Assembly (NCBI RefSeq): GCF_963853765.1
Contig: NC_088856.1
Coordinates: 32,488,001-32,552,000 of the forward strand
Reading direction: 5' to 3'
Source: Magallana gigas
Lineage: Eukaryota
Length of the DNA: 64,000 nt
Positions 16,821 through 31,181 of this stretch are shown piece by piece. Made by a program: the position numbers and the translations under genes. The notes beneath the pieces were generated by a model. That model did not search any database and was not told where the DNA came from. It saw nothing but the letters and a program-made list of their open reading frames with translations. The stretch's first letter is position 1. Every line of letters starts with the position of its first letter.

Positions 16821-19800
16821 ATGTTGAGTGGCCTTTTTTTCACTGTTTTAATCTGCCTGAGAATCCATGTATCGCTCCAACAGTCCTCATTTAGTGGCCA
16901 AAACCCACAGGCAAAGGTGTTTGAATGTAAGTAATTGCCGTTATTTAGGTACCTATAAAATTTACCAATTTTAGCAGTAAATACAGGTAATTAGACAATG
17001 GGAAATCAAGGAGCTATAGATGAACCTAACTACTACAGTTAAATCCAACTATACTGAACACTGTATAAATGAAAATTGTAATACAGTATATACTATTCTT
17101 GCAAACTAATTCCAGCTATATATTATATGTGAAAAAAGGTTGTGATAATCCTAGATTTGTAACAAAATTAAACTAATGGATACTATGCTACAGTTCAAAA
17201 CTTCATCCCAATTTGATTATATATTTTATATAATAATAGAATTTTATTTACCGGTATATTCTAAACAATATTAATTGAGATTTGAAATCCTGTTCAATGA
17301 GCCATTGTATAACATTGCACTCTTTGCTGCAGACTACATGGACAGTCATGCCGAGTGTGGAAAGACTTTTGAGCTAGGTCTGACCCCGGCCACTGTGTAT
17401 GGTAAGGGCGCGGTTCAGACCAGCGACAGTCCCCTCAGCTGTACCATCATCCTCTCTACCGACGGGATCAGGGAGCATCGCCGATTCAGCATCGAACTAG
17501 TCACAGGGTTCATCAATTCACAGGGGGTCAGTTTCTACATCTATGATGGGCAGTGGACCCAGGACTCAGGAGCACAGACTCTGGTAAGGCATTTCCTGTC
17601 ATCAATGTCAAATATTCAAACTAATTATATCTGCTGTATTCTCAAAATCATCCTCACAATGTAAGGAGTCCTAAGTCCAACCTTGGCTGTTGCATTGTCT
17701 TATAGCAACAATGGAATTAGGACCCGTGATATCGAGAGGATGTCTCAAAATCAGAGTTAATGGATTTTTGTTGTTGACGGTAATTAATGCCTTTTTTTTC
17801 TCCCCATCAGGCCTCCTTTAGTTACTTTAACAACCCCCCTACCAACATGCAGCGACTGATTACGTCTGGAGGGTTCGTTACCTTCTCCCTGACACGAGAT
17901 AGTCCTAACTTGTTTGGATACGGCTTTGTAATCCAGGTTACACCTATCCCAGGTAACAATTATGAATAATAAGATTGCAAATATGGATTTGTGGTTACTA
18001 AATTATTTTAATATTTAGTAAATACTTAATTTAATAATTAATTATTTTATTTTATTAAGTAAATACAGAACACTTGCATATGCAAAGTTACATTAACAAA
18101 GTTTTATATCATGTATATAAATGGCATACATTGATTTAAGTTTATTTTTTTTATTGAACATCAGCTGACATTTCGAATCCCAACAACTGTGACCAGGGAG
18201 CGGGCTATGGCTGTGAGAGCTATCACTACAACCCCGTCATCACCAAAACCGAGGTCATTTACATCGTGGCGGGCATCTTTGGGGTGGCTTTGGTCATTAT
18301 TGTACCCGCTGTCATTATCTACTGCTATGTGCGTCAGCGAGGGCTGACCAGGAGATGGCAGGAGCGGCGACTCAAGGATGGCGCCCCAAATACTGCCGCG
18401 ATGTCCCTCAATGGCAGCATGCGCTCTGTTCCAGTCAGCAGCCGTGCTTGGCAATCCGACATCTCCAAACAGCCATTCGCCTCCATCAAAAAATCTCCCG
18501 CGTCTTCTCGTCGATGGTCCAGACCACCCACTGATGATGACGAAAGTGTTTTTGATGGTACGTCTGTTTCTTTGTCCTACACATACATATCTAGTTTAAG
18601 TATTTTAAGATTGATAATCATGTCTTGAAACAACTCTTAATTTGTAAAGTAACGAGTTTTACCGGATACAGTTGTTTCATTGATATTATTATTGGACATC
18701 AATTTTAGTGGATTTTTTAATAAATTAATTTTGATAATAAAGGATTTTCAAAATTTGTTCAAAATGCCAAACAGATGCAAAATTTTGTCATTTTACTCTC
18801 TTGGATTTTGAAATATATTCCTCAACAAAATCCACAAAGACTGCTATGGTTGTCAACAAATCATGTTGAATCCAATTAAAATTAATTTGAGGGATACAAA
18901 GAAATAAAGGATTAAATCTATCATCCTTTTTTTTCCCCAAAATTTTATATTCTCAAATTAATTTTTTATCACTTTATGTATGAATATATATTAAGATGAA
19001 GAGGTATAAAAGCTCATGGTCTTTTATCTCAGATTATCCAAGAAAACCTCCTCCCCCTCCTCCTCCTTATGAAGAGTATGACCAATACAGAGTGGCCAGG
19101 AATGGGAGGGACTACCCATCTAGACGGCGAGATGGCTATGAACGAGATCGCTATGACCGAGATCGAGATGGCTATGATCGAGATCGAGACAGGAGGTACC
19201 GAGAGAGGAAGCATAGTGGTAGCAGTTACAACACATCAGGCAACTACAGTGATGAGAAGAATGATTCCTTTGTTCAAGCTGATGATGATCACCCTCAAGA
19301 GAATTTTGTGGAGAGGATCATCGAACCAAGGGTTCATCCAAAATCTGCAGGGAAAATCACCAGGAAGAAAGAAGATGACGAGGATAGTTATGATTCAATT
19401 GGAAATTTGAAGTCTACTAAAAAAAAACTGAAAAAGACAAACAGTGAGACACAGTGCAACAGGGAATCAGACAGTGAGGCCAGTCCCGAGACTGAAAGCG
19501 AAGCTCCGAGTACTGAGGAAGAGGACGTAGTATCCTCTCAATCAGAGGAAGAGGGGCAGGATCCCAGGACCTCACTGTATGCTCAGCCTGATAAAGCTCG
19601 CAAAAAAGGCAAGAAAAAGAACAAAACCACAGCAGATAAACCGGTGGCCGTACAACCACCGCCTGCCGCCGCGAGCCTTCCACAACCAGTTCTTGGAGTG
19701 CCATTTCAAGCCAGGCCGGGGATGGTCTTGCAAAGACCTCCTCTCCAGGGCTATCCCATGATGCCCCCTAACCAGCCTATAAACCCCGCCCTAAGGTTTA

Positions 19801-20168
19801 TGCCACCAGTGGGTCAGATAGTCAGGCCAGCCTATCCAGTTCCAAACCAGTTGAACCCGGCGGGTCAGATCCATCCTCCCAATCCTGCAGCGAGATTCCC
19901 AATGACCGCAATGACAGACCAGCGAACTGCAGTACCAATACAAAATCTACCTGTATCCAAACCCCGATCGGTGGGCCAGCAATTAAACAATTCTGGGGAG
20001 GCTCCTAAATATTCCTATCTGGTTAACCGAGGTTACGATACTGGTAGAACGTCTCCGGTCAGTTCCACCACAAGTTACAGTCAGCAGAGCTATGTTCTGG
20101 ATGACTCCGCTGTAAACATAGACCTTGGCAGTGGTGTTGATTTTATGAAACGAACCACTGATGTTTAA
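16821..20168 (+). CDS. Type I membrane protein with CUB-like ectodomain and long Pro/Arg-Asp-rich tail (paralogue B)
   Basis: Exons 16821-16926 (signal peptide), 17333-17583, 17811-17952, 18165-18557 (TM segment IYIVAGIFGVALVIIVPAVIIYCYV) and 19033-20168 join in frame. Confidence 0.82.
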
Positions 20169-21735
20169 TTAACTTTGTGCTTAGACTGCAAAAATAGTAT
20201 GACTGTAAAGTTAATATGTTCTCTACTGTGCGATGCTTATTATGCAAACCAAATCAAAGTGAATTTAAAGCATTTTTTTCAACTTGTCTTTTTATTTGTG
20301 ACAATATTTTGATATTTCATTTAAATACGATGAGTGAATATTTTGGGCAAAATGGAATAAGATGAAAGACTAACCATTGCTAGCATGTACTGATTAAATG
20401 AGTATAATGCAGGTGTCAGTCCTCTATACAGACAAGAGGGTTTGCTATAGCTACATTTTGTAGTTTCCCTTGATTTAAGTGGCTTTTTGGAAAAAGGTTT
20501 TAATATTATCTGTATAAAACTAATTCAAACTATGATTTGAATGAAATTGTTCCGTTGTTATTTATTCAAGTTATATAGATATCAGTTATCAAGTTTTAAA
20601 AATTACTTGATAATGCTTGGAAATTCCCCAACACTGTACAGTCAAATTAAAAATATTAAGCATTACAGTTATTTTATTTTGTGAAGCAATATTTATGTTT
20701 ACAGGTACAAAGTACTTTTGTAGATGACATGCTTAGTTTTATTGTCGTATCATAATTTTATATTTTTATGCTGAGTCTGACACATTTCTACTTTCATTTA
20801 TTTGTGCATTGTATATATATATCTTAATTTTCACAAAATTATAGATATCAAGTGTACATTTCAAATGAAGAAAGAATTCAGGACATTTATTATACACACC
20901 AATCTTTATCATTCCATTTTGTAACTTTTGATTGACTCATATTCAGAATAATTTTTTGAACATATATAATTTTAATCTACCATTATTATGTTTCTCTTGT
21001 CATTATGTGTACTTGCTTGACATTGTTCATTTTTTACCAATATGAAATAACGAATAAATATATTTGTAGAAAATTCTCATAATAGATCTATATCCTACAA
21101 GTGTTAATTACATTGTTGTGGTATCTACATACCTGTAAAAGTAATTAATTGGGGTGGGGGTTTGAAGGTGGAAAATTCAAACTTATCTAATATAAAGTTT
21201 CAATTTCCAATACCAAGGTATGCCAAGATCATATTGCCATACCGGAGACTTTAAGATTGAGTCTTCAAAGCCTAAATTATGTTAAATCAATGTACCTGTG
21301 CTATCTACATTACTGGTAGACACAATCTCGTGGGATCTATCATCATCTTTCAAATAGTCCACAGAAATACAAACACTATTCAGTGATACTTTAATCACAA
21401 ATAGGTCACTATATGTACCACACAGGTCATTCAGACTGGTTCATTTAGGACCAAAGCAAATTGCACTTAAAATGGAGTCTCAAACTATTGGCCCTATCTA
21501 ATCCATTTGATTCCAGAAGTTGATGCTTGCCAAAATTACTGTACCTACAACCAGTCTTTAATAGTCTGATCTTTTTGTGAGTAATTTTTTCACAATCCTG
21601 TTAAAAATACTTCATAGATAAACAACAAAGGGAAATATGGAAAAATAATCATCTTTATGGAAATATTTGTGCAAAATACAGTGTATCAAAATATAAATCA
21701 CAACAGGGATGCATAATTGGTGTGCAGAAACCTCG

Positions 21736-24700
21736 TCACTTTTTTTTGTAGTCCACCCACTTGAAGAAGTCACACCTGGCTTCTGGATTCGTACTGTGAC
21801 CCTCCCCCCGGGCACACACAAAGAACTGCTTCCCTTTATTGGGCCCCGGCTTTTTCACTGTCCTTAACACACAGGGTTCCTGGTGTCCCTTACACAGAGG
21901 AGGGGGAGGGGGACCTTGGAGGAGGTTTTTCCAGGCACTTGCTGTGTTACTTTTCACAGTGATGGTACTCTCAACTTTTACACTCATCTCAGAGCTGTGA
22001 TTCTCTCCCTTTGTTTCAGAGGACACTTCCTCCATTTTAATATCAACAACTTCCTTTTTTGTACTTGTCTTTAGGAAAAATCCTTTTAGACTACCCTGCC
22101 TGGAATCACTTGAATCAGATTTCTTTTTCTTTGCTGCATTTCCAATTTTGTCTCCATTACTTGGTCTCTTTAAAGTCACTTTTTCTGTCTTATCATTTTT
22201 TGTATTTTTGATATGGTTTTGATCTGCTGTGTCCTGACTGGTTTTTATTTCAATACTACTTTCAATAGTCTTCTCTCGCTTCATAAAAAAGGAAGAAAGT
22301 TTAATTTGTTTTCCACAGAACTCTGGCATATGTTTCGTGCACAGAGGAGGACATTTTTCGGCCGGAATAAACTCTGCAATATACTCTGCTTTGACTGGAC
22401 AGTGGTCTGAGCCCTCTACATCTGCCAATATCTCGCAGTCCTTGAGATCACTTTGAGCCAATTCAACGTTTGTAAAGATATAATCCAGACGTCGCCCATA
22501 GTTGGTTTCTCTAGCCGAGGTCAAAGTGCACCAGTTGGTATAGGCCCCCGTCTGGTCTGGATAGAAGTACCTGAATGAGTCCACAAACAGTCCCCCCCTC
22601 ACAGAGCTTGTGGTGCCAGCAAAATCCTCCTTATTCTCCACAGCAGCAATGCTGGGGTCCCGGTCCGTGTCCCACACAAACTGGTTCACCCACACCCGGC
22701 TCGGAGTCGTAACCGTCCCCTACAAAGTACGTATCCCAGTTACTAAGTTATACCCAGTATTAACCACAAAGTGTACAAAATTTTGATGATTGTAAAAGAT
22801 TTTATTTACAATAAGTTTTAATAAGAATCCAAATTTGTGTTTGTGTTTATTCAGATTAATCTTATTTTCAAAAGTTGTCTAAAACACCATTGACTTACTA
22901 CTTCATCTTCTTCACTGCGATCAATGCTCTTGTGCTTGACATTCATGTCTCCAAGTACAATAACATTACTGAAAACAGAATACAAAAACATTTCATAAAT
23001 ATACAGTGTATATAAAAACATTAAAGATATAGTAGTACAATGTAAATGCTGAGCATTATGAGGCTTAAGACAGGATAGTTTTTAACGGTTTAGCCAAATG
23101 CTGAAATAACTAAATTTATGTTTTATAGAATTTGCGAAACATGATTAAAGAAATGCCCCTTGAAGTCTTCTTGTACCACACATGCTGTGGTAGGCGTTGT
23201 CTGTTGTTCTCTTACCAGCCACTCTGTAGAAGAGCCTCGGCCCTGGTCTGGAGTAGAGCGAAAAAGCGCAGCTTGTAGAGCAGCCTGTCCTCTCTATCTG
23301 GGTCAACGCGCGGACAGTACACATTGATGATGGCTAACTCAGCTTCCACTCCATCATGTTTCCTAAATAATCAAATAATTAGAAATCCTCCTGCTGATGC
23401 CAAATATACTTGTTATGAAATGTTGCATTTAAAATCTTATCCGAAGAACAAATGGCATTTTTAATATGAAAAAAAATATTAATTGTTTACACATATGTTT
23501 TATAAATCTGGAAATAACATCAATCAAAAGTACAGGAACTTCAGTACTGTAGCCAAAACTTTCATGTGAACTATGATGACCTTTTTTCACCTGATTTTGT
23601 GTTTTGTAATGACTGCCCTCCCCTCTGCATCGAGAGCCTCCAATTCATCACTGGAGAACTCGCTCACATCTCCGTAGTGACCCACTTTTCCTTCAAGTTT
23701 TGGGTTAAGTTCTTTATACAGACCCTCTTCTGCCTCTACAGGGGTTGCTGAAGCTTTGCAAAATGTTGCAACGCCTACAACGATAGCAGAGGAACTGAAT
23801 CATATGTTAAATTGTCTGTACATGTATGAACAAACACATCATAGATGCAATAAAAAATTGGATATTATAGATCATTCTAGCTTTTCAAAAGCAATTTTAT
23901 TCTATTCCAGAAAATCCTGATTAGCAGTCACATGAAATGAATGAAATAGTAATTAAAATGTTATTATAAAAAAAATTGACTGCAGATTGTGTATGTTTTA
24001 ATTATTTGACATGACATGAACTCTGTAATATGTGTATAAAGGACTTGAATAAACAAAATTATTTTTTGCACCAGAACTTCTGGGAAAACATAACTTCTTC
24101 AAACTCACCAGAGTAGCCACTTCGTTTCTTTGAAAAAGAGAAGTAAGAATTGTAGCCTTCAACTATGGCTGTGGGTTCATCTAACATGTCTCCTGTAATT
24201 TTAGAAATAATTTAAGGGCTCATAATTTTAAATTTATGTTATGTTCTTAAACCAAACATAATTTTCATAATAATAACATAATAAACATAATAATGTTTCA
24301 TAATTAATTTACTCTATCGCCATAAATGTGTATTCATACATGCATTCATTTTAGTAAGGAATACTTTAAAACAAATACCAATGCAATTTGGTGTCAACTT
24401 TGATTAAATAATTTACATAATAGTACGTTTAGCCCAGTAATTGAGAAAACCCAGACAATCAAAATCAACCATAATGTAGTTTTTTTATGGAAAAATTATC
24501 ACTGCGATTTTTATCATGACAACGCAAAATTTTCAATGTACAGTTTATTAATCTTCTTAAGTAAGAATTTTCTGGTTTTCACCTTGATTGGGAGGGAGGT
24601 TCAGCTCTGGTGTAGTACCAGAACAACATTAATAAATCTGACTGATCATCAGTTCAACTAACTTGTGACTTTGGTTTCCTGGAGACATATAACGTCAGCA

Positions 24701-24777
24701 TCCAAAGAATCAAATAGTTCACTAAGTTTAATTTTACTGGCACGGATCCCATTTATATTCCAGGTTAGTATCTTCAT
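21736..24777 (-). CDS. APEX2: DNA-(apurinic/apyrimidinic site) endonuclease 2
   Basis: N-terminus MKILTWNINGIRA...DVICLQETK; motifs SGYSG, INVYCP, YGRRLDYI and GSDHCPV; PIP-like QGSLKGFF; C-terminal GRF zinc finger CKGHQEPC..RTVKKPGPNKGKQFFVCAR...RCDFFKW. Confidence 0.96.
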
Positions 24778-25215
24778 TTTGATCAGCTGTTGGTATCATA
24801 AATGTATTGAGTCCACCAAAGAGTCAGAATGTTGATCCCACACTGGCCACATGGATGCCCACCGATCGGAAGCTAAAAGGTAGAAGCGATGAAAAAAATA
24901 ATTATTATATGTAAATCTGTTGCATTCAGCCAGATCATATGTGATGACTCCAGCAAACTCAATTTTTAAAAGAATCAACACTTTGTGACTATGTTTACCC
25001 TTTTCCTCGGGTTTTCTTCTATAAAATAAATTGTACAATAAATGTTTCACATTCCTCGAAATATTAGCAGAAAAATAGCCAATACCACAAAGGGATAAAA
25101 TAACATTATGTCATATATAACTCAGTCATGATAAAACCTCAAAATTTGTTAAAATACACCATGATTTAAAAAGTTACGAAAAAAGTTGAATAATCTCATG
25201 ACAACTTACTAAAAC

Positions 25216-25229
25216 TTTCCCGCCATTTT
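25216..25229. promoter_or_regulatory. Composite E2F/YY1-like motif in the APEX2-LEM bidirectional promoter
   Basis: TTTCCCGCCATTTT contains TTTCCCGC (E2F-like) overlapping CGCCATTTT (YY1-like). It lies between divergent start codons 825 bp apart. Confidence 0.5.
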
Positions 25230-25601
25230 GGTTCGCAGTTCGAAAACGAAACTTGAATTACTTGTAAATCTACTCAGGATTGAGAGCAATAAAATTGGAT
25301 TTTTAAGGTAAGGTAAATTTGAAAAAAAATAAAATTCGATAAGTCTGATATTTTGTAGATTATGTATGCTCAAACTCAATTGTGTTTTCATTGTCATTAA
25401 GACGAAGACCAGAACGAAATTTAAAAATAAGCTCTGCTTGTCGAAAATTCCGGACATTAGAAAAAAAAATTAAAATCCAAAATCCCCTACTTTCGTTTTG
25501 TAAAATAGTATTTCATTGAAAAAAAATATATTTTGTTGTAATAATTCCAAGTTTATAATCGGTATTATTATCTTAATTTTAGCATAACATAGACAAACAG
25601 A

Positions 25602-27702
25602 ATGGAGGAGATTCAGAATTTAACAGACAAGGAGCTAGCAGAACAGCTGAGGGGGTATGGAGCAAATCCTGGTCCTATTCTCGGTATGGATGCTATCACA
25701 CAATGTTGACTTTCAATATCATTCTATATTTTATAATTTGTGTACTCTTTCGTCGGCTGAATCCAAAAGTTAATAAATTTACACTTGTATAATTATTTTG
25801 ATGAAGTGACAAGTGCTTGCGCTTTAAATCGCATCAATTGGCATGACAGAACGTTTTAATTTTGATTTAATTTATGTTATATTATTATAGTAATTTCATC
25901 TTAATATCTTTTCTTGATTAAAGATTGGAATAAATTCAATAACTACAGCATTTATTCGCATAAAAATTGGTTTGGACAGTTTATGAAATGCTCCATTTCG
26001 AACAATTTATTGTTATTTATGAAGCTATTTCATCTTAATTTCTTTTCTTGATGATTGGAATAAATTCAATAGTTACAGCATTTGTTCTCTTAAAAACAGG
26101 TTTAATGGAGCAATTTATAAACTATCCTACCCAGTTTATACCCGTGTGAAGTCCAGATTGGTTTGAATACCAGCACCTGATAGCTTAGTTGGTACAGCAC
26201 CTGACAAGAAATTCAGGGTGCCCAGGTTCAAATCCCTGTCTGCTCCGTCATTATTTCTCCCATCCTGTTACACTTGTATATATTCTATAGCTATTGAATT
26301 CATTCCAATGATAAATTCTACTTCATTAAAGTTAACAAATGTACATGACCCAGTACTTTTGTTCCTATTACATTGTTTGTGACTGTATGTTAGTGATATT
26401 TAAAAGGATGATAATTAGGGGACACTGTATACTTTAGAGTATAGATGAATATTGTCGTTGCTTCTTATTTCTTTAAAGCTTCCACAAGAAGTGTATATGA
26501 GAAGAGATTATTGAAACTTAGAGAAGGGGTTGCTGCAGTGGATAAGCTTCATAAACCTCGTACGAAGTACAGTAAGTGATGTTTATACCCCCATTCTGAA
26601 GGAGAGGAGGTATACTGTTTTAACCTTGTGTGTCTGTCTGCTTGGTCTGTCGAACTGTAACTTTCTCTTGCATTTTTCTCAGCAACTGTAAATTGCAGAT
26701 GCTTGAAATTTTAATAGTGTCTTTGTTAAGGTATGCCATATGTTGGGATTTATTTTTTAACTTCCTGTTAAATGTCAACTTTGCTTATTTTGTATGCCGG
26801 TATTCACATCAGGTTGGGGTATCACTATTGAGCATTGACTCATAGTTATCTTGTTTCAATAAGTATTTAGTTGTGATCACTCTGTCTCTTTTACTGAAAT
26901 TTATATTAAATTTGTTACTGTTTCAGCTGAGGTTCCAGATGATGAAGAGAGATCGTAAGTTAATTTCATGAGGTCATTCAGTTAGGTGTTTCACAGTTAT
27001 CACATTAGTACAAGCCCATAGATAGAGTGCCAATCATTGTTGACTAGTCTTTGTGGTCCAATTTATCAATGAGGATTTAGTCTTTGTGTTCAGAGATATT
27101 GAAAATCTGTAATATTTTCCAATGACACATTTACAGCCCACCACCTAAACCTCGGTCTCCAAGAGTTAGGAAACGTGTTGTCAAGAAGGTGGAAGTGGAA
27201 CCTGAGGAAGTGGATGATGTAGACAACAGGTAAGATACTTGCACCCATATATATTAATGATGGAACTTACTTATTGTGATTATTCAATGAATTGATTGTT
27301 TCTCATCAAGTTATATCTGCCCTACCACATTTTAAATGAAAAATGCGCATCTGCTAAATAATAAATTATGTATACCCCAGAACAGAGAAGTAATTTTTTG
27401 TAGCAGAGTTATTACTGTTTTTTTCAGTATTCAGCTTTAACTCTTGTAACTGTGTTTTTAAAGAGATGTATTAATCACTTATTGAGCGATGTATTTATTT
27501 TAGTGCTGCATCTGATTTAACGGACAACGAGCCTAGCCAGACATCAATGACAGACCCCGAGCCGTCCGCCAAGTCGTCAGGGGGCGTGGCTATGTATGTC
27601 AAGGTCGTCATTCTCCTGATTGTCCTGTTCTTTGTATACCTGGTTTACATCAACATGGAGCCATCGTCTGGGAATCGAGTGCCAAAGATCAAAGGGGATT
27701 AA
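25602..27702 (+). CDS. LEM-domain tail-anchored inner nuclear membrane protein (emerin/LAP2beta/LEMD1-like)
   Basis: Five exons give MEEIQNLTDKELAEQLRGYGANPGPILASTRSVYEKRLLKL (LEM domain), a low-complexity linker and a C-terminal TM segment (VVILLIVLFFVYLVYINM). Stop TAA at 27700-27702. Confidence 0.88.
26147..26272 (+). mobile_element. tRNA-derived SINE in intron 1 of the LEM gene
   Basis: A box TAGCTTAGTTGG (26181) and B box GGTTCAAATCC (26225). There is no pairing acceptor stem, and a non-tRNA tail (ATTTCTCCCATCCTGTTACA) follows. Confidence 0.7.
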
Positions 27703-30700
27703 AGAACTGAGTTTGAAATCTGTTGATTAATCTTTAATGCTATGAAGATTTGGGCCAAGACATCAAAATCTGTTAATGAATTTTAATAGATTTCACAAAT
27801 GACAACACAAATATGAAGGCTTATTTTTACATTGTTTGTTTACTAAAATATTTTCTGTAGTGCAATGTATTATTATGGTTTTTGCCAAGTGTGCTCTATT
27901 TGTGTTTAGCGTATTGGAATGTTAGTACATGTAATAAGTCACAGCTATAGTCTGTCTCAAGATATATGTTCAGCAATATGGATGATCTATAATAAAAATA
28001 CACATACCTTAACCTAAGAAAGAAGTGCAATTGAAATTGATGAAAGGGAAAATTTCCAAGATATCTTAGTTGACACATTGTCACTTTTTACTCGGAAAAG
28101 TTATCAGGACCGAAAACAGATTTTTTACAGAGATTTATAATTATAATGAAAAATGTTTACATCTTTTCTCCATATGGAAGTCGCTTGGAATACCTCAAAC
28201 AATTTTGATTTATCATATGGGTACTTCAATATCTGTTACAATGCAGAATTCCCATATACTGTTTATTTTTAGACGTTTCTTGAAACCTGACAATTTTAAG
28301 CTAGAAGGGAAATTTCAAAGGAGAAAATGTTTTTATTTTTTCATACTACATGTACTGAATGAACCCTGAGGTATTTATAAATATCTAATAATTTAAAAAA
28401 TGTGCTGCATAAATATCGTGGGACAGACTATAGTTATGGTAACATCAGTTTACGTGTTTCATTGATAAGTACTAATTAGCTGATAGAAATGTTAGTCTTG
28501 ATCCTCATTTGCTTATTTGCAATTGAAATTAATTGTTATTAGTTATAACAAACAAACCCTGTAAAATTAAAATATCATTTTATGGTGAGATTAATACTGA
28601 TAAAATATACCCAGTAAATGTCAGTGTATATTGAATATTGCTTTACTTCTGTCGTGATGAACAAATAACTCATATTATACCAATTATGAAATAAACCAAG
28701 GTAACTTTAATAAGAAGGGTTTTTTTTTTTGGCGTACAGTTCTATTCTTTATGAATCTAAATAAATAAGAGGAGATCTTTTTACTTGAACTGTCATACTT
28801 CAAGATGTATGTTAATCTATTAAAATTTTGTATTTATTATGAACAGTTGATATATTTGAAGTATTTTTTATAATGATTAAAACAAGTATATTTTGAATAA
28901 TCTGAAGCAGGCTACTGATATACTGATCCTTACTATGATTTCTGTAACGAAATTCATGTTAAAAGCATTTTGATATCACTAGAATAGAACTTATTGATTA
29001 TTGTACGTTAATTTGAATATCATACAACTTGATCTACTGGAAAAATTAGATCACCAAAAAAGTGTTTTAAAAAATGATACTTTTTAATATGGTTGGTTAT
29101 ATAGACCATGTATATTTTGCTTGCCATTGACAGAAATCAAACATTATTTTTCTCATCTTGTTAGATTACAAAGCACAATGTATCAATATTTATTCATATG
29201 TACATGTACTAGTATTTATGTTATGAGTTTCTGATCATGGCCATATGATGGGTTTTGCTTTGTCAATTCATGAATCTTTGGGATAAGTATAATTTATGTT
29301 TTTTCAAATTTTGGAAAAATAATTGTCAAGCATTATGCATAATAAAAAGTAAAGTCATTCTCTTTGTTTAATGATACCCACTTAGAAGAAATAATGTAAA
29401 ATTTTCCTGCATTGATGACTACCAAGAAAGCCCCGTTGAAGCAACAAAGATAATATTTATTTGTTTGTATTTTATAACGTTAAAGTTTTTAACATCAACC
29501 TTGTAATTTTCAACTTTAATCTTGGAATTTCCAACGTTAAAGTTGATTTTTCAAACTCGTAATACGGATACACCGTGATGCAATATTATTTCATAAATTT
29601 GCGCTCATAGCTTGCAATGTGTAGATTGGACAAAATGCAAAATATGACGAAAAAAATCTCATCATTTTTAAAAACAAAATTCAAGATAATGAACGTATCC
29701 ATTGCACCATTCGTTTGGCGTTCACACACAGGACCCCCAAAAATACTGAAGGACATGTGCGTGACTCGGTAAAAAATTGCTCAAGATATTATGGGAGAGA
29801 TGATTTCCGTGGAAGCATTGTCCCATGATGCGGAATCATTCAAGATCTTCACCAAAAGTGCATTAACTAAGGCGGTATGGGCCACTTTAATGCTAGTATG
29901 TCAAATTAATTATCAAATGTAATCACTGATTGAAATCAGAGACATGAGTAACCAGGGACATACATGTATATATTTAGTATATATGTCCCTGGAATAACAT
30001 GTTATTTACGTCTTTTGAAATTTCAAAATACTGTTATTTGATTTGAGACATAAATAACATGCTTTAAATCATCCACAGAGATCTCTCTAAGTGTCCCTAA
30101 AGTAACCACTATTATCACGGGGGATTCGATTTCTATTACTGATTACTTTACGCTGCCGCCAGTGCAAATTCTGGACGGGGGGGGGGGGGCTTTTCCTCTC
30201 GATCATCTACACGTAGATCCCGCCGCCTAAATTAGCGCTTGTCATAAATGTGAACCTCTTGAGTTTATCTAGTTTGTGTTATTCCAACGCTGCGCACTAC
30301 CAAAAGAAAATAATAAGAATAGATACAAGAAAAGACATCTAAACTTGACATGTCAGTTTTATTTGAATCGGGCTCGAGTATCAAAAATTCTACACGCGGG
30401 ACCATCGTAAAAACTGAGGATCTTGCAGTCGGAGAATAGAACCCTGCTAAATTCTGTCGTAAGTATGGAGTCATTAGAAACAACATTCGTGTCATTAACA
30501 ATGGCCATTGAATAGGTTATAGTTTGGGATGGTTTTATACTTGATAAAGTGTTTTTTGAGGCAAAAAATGCACAGAACGTGTTCATTCTAAGTGTGTAAC
30601 ACACACACACGTCCTTCAATCCAGCATTTAAATATATTTGTTGAATAAATGCGGAAATAAAGAAGCAACACTGCAATTTGTTTTATTACATATTACAAAT

Positions 30701-31181
30701 ATTTATATTTGTTTACTATTTAAATTGATTATCTCCCTTCACAGATATATAAATAGTCATGGTCTAACGTTATGCCTACAAAAGATATTGTTCTACTGCA
30801 GTATTTTGTGTACCATGTTTTATAGGCTAGTGCCAGATGGGTTTGAAATGTATATTGCGTAGGGCTGAAATTATTTATATTAATTATTATAAGTTGATTA
30901 GGATAAAAATTTGCATCAATCTGGAGTTGATTTCACTTGTACAATAAATTTTTGATTTAACACTGAAATGACACTGAGGTCTTTAATATTAAAAATAGAA
31001 TTGCAGATATTAAAAATGTCAAAATTGTGAATGAAAGAAATCGACTCGATTTGGGGATAGAAAACTTTCAACTCGTTGAATAAAAATTGTTTTACCATTA
31101 CAAATTATGAGAGAACGTATGCTCGAGAACGAAGTCAAGCTGTACTTGTAGTTAGATTTTACTCTGATTGCAGTAAATGAC

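Noticed and set aside
26170-26250. Possible functional tRNA gene
   Set aside because: A and B boxes are present, but the acceptor stem does not pair and a SINE-like tail follows.
29390-30000. Possible transposase or gene remnant upstream of the zinc-module gene
   Set aside because: Frames that I translated by hand are short, interrupted by stops and lack motifs. It cannot be supported without a search.
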